Both the position numbers and the translations under genes were made by a program. Shown in pieces: positions 63,453-64,000 of a DNA stretch of 64,000 bases. Numbering within the stretch: position 1 is the first letter of the stretch; the number at the start of each line of letters is the position of its first letter. This DNA is from Azolla caroliniana (taxonomy: Eukaryota > Plantae > Polypodiophyta), in the NCBI GenBank assembly GCA_043228905.1, contig JBHGNT010000004.1, positions 17,050,001 to 17,114,000 on the forward strand. The letters run 5' to 3'. The notes under the pieces are model-generated. The model was not told the origin of the DNA, searched no databases, and saw only the letters and a program-made list of their open reading frames with translations.

Positions 63453-64000
63453 CACAGATAATATTATCATGTTGTAAATTTCTCTGCTATACATTCCATG
63501 TAGGTTAAATATGTGGGAGCACAACAAAACTCCACAAAATATCAAGTAATTAGAGTAATCTCTTTCACAAAGATATATACTAGTTGTTCATACATACAAA
63601 GCTTCTCCAGGAAATTCAGCCCAGAACATGTCTTCCAGAAATCCTTCCACTAGTTGGTATTAAGTACAGTAAATGAAAAATCACAACAATACCCACATCA
63701 ATCAATTTCTCAATTGTACAACACAGGTTACGCATTGTCAGGAAGTAGGTTCATATTGCTATAGTAGAATGATGCCTATTGGAAAAATATGGAAGAATCT
63801 GAAAGAAGGATTTGATAAACTGGTGTAGTAACTAAAATTTCACACCAAGTTCAGGTGTGCTTTGTATGGGTAACCAAACTGCTCTAATATTTTCAGTCCC
63901 ATCAAATCCAACAAGGTATCAAAATACTAGTACCTAATACAGCGTACATTCTAATGAGGTGTAAAATCCCTTTGAATAATATTTTTAGAGACATGTACAA

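Overview
This is land-plant nuclear genomic DNA, AT-rich with GT-AG introns. Very long PLS-class PPR genes and the transposon types suggest a fern or other seed-free vascular plant (inference only). From left to right: (1) the 5' part of a telomere-repeat-binding/Single-Myb-Histone (TRB/SMH) gene on the - strand, whose promoter and first introns carry six perfect telo-boxes plus G-quadruplex-like tracts; (2) an ~11 kb mosaic of degenerate LTR retrotransposon pieces (Ty3/gypsy LTR-gag, inverted Ty1/copia LTR+PPT, gypsy pol, a dead Q/E-rich antisense ORF, a near-complete copia, and a solo LTR with a 5-bp TSD nested antisense in an LTR of its own family); (3) two tandem PLS-class PPR genes with uninterrupted ORFs (1499 aa and 635 aa), ending in E domains with no DYW domain; (4) a 17-exon ABCB27/ALS1-type half ABC transporter; (5) an RTE-type LINE remnant; (6) a 9-exon Maf-family pyrophosphatase gene head-to-head with a 6-exon HAD/NT5C-type nucleotidase gene that has a duplicated, in-frame alternative last exon; (7) an intronless AT-hook/PPC (AHL) gene; (8) ~13 kb without recognisable genes, containing microsatellites, a LINE fragment and short tandem duplications. 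No rRNA, tRNA or CRISPR was seen. The best candidates for novel biology are telo-box autoregulation of the TRB gene, the divergent Maf/nucleotidase house-cleaning pair with its alternative terminal exon, and the giant PPR. All annotations were made by eye, without database searches.
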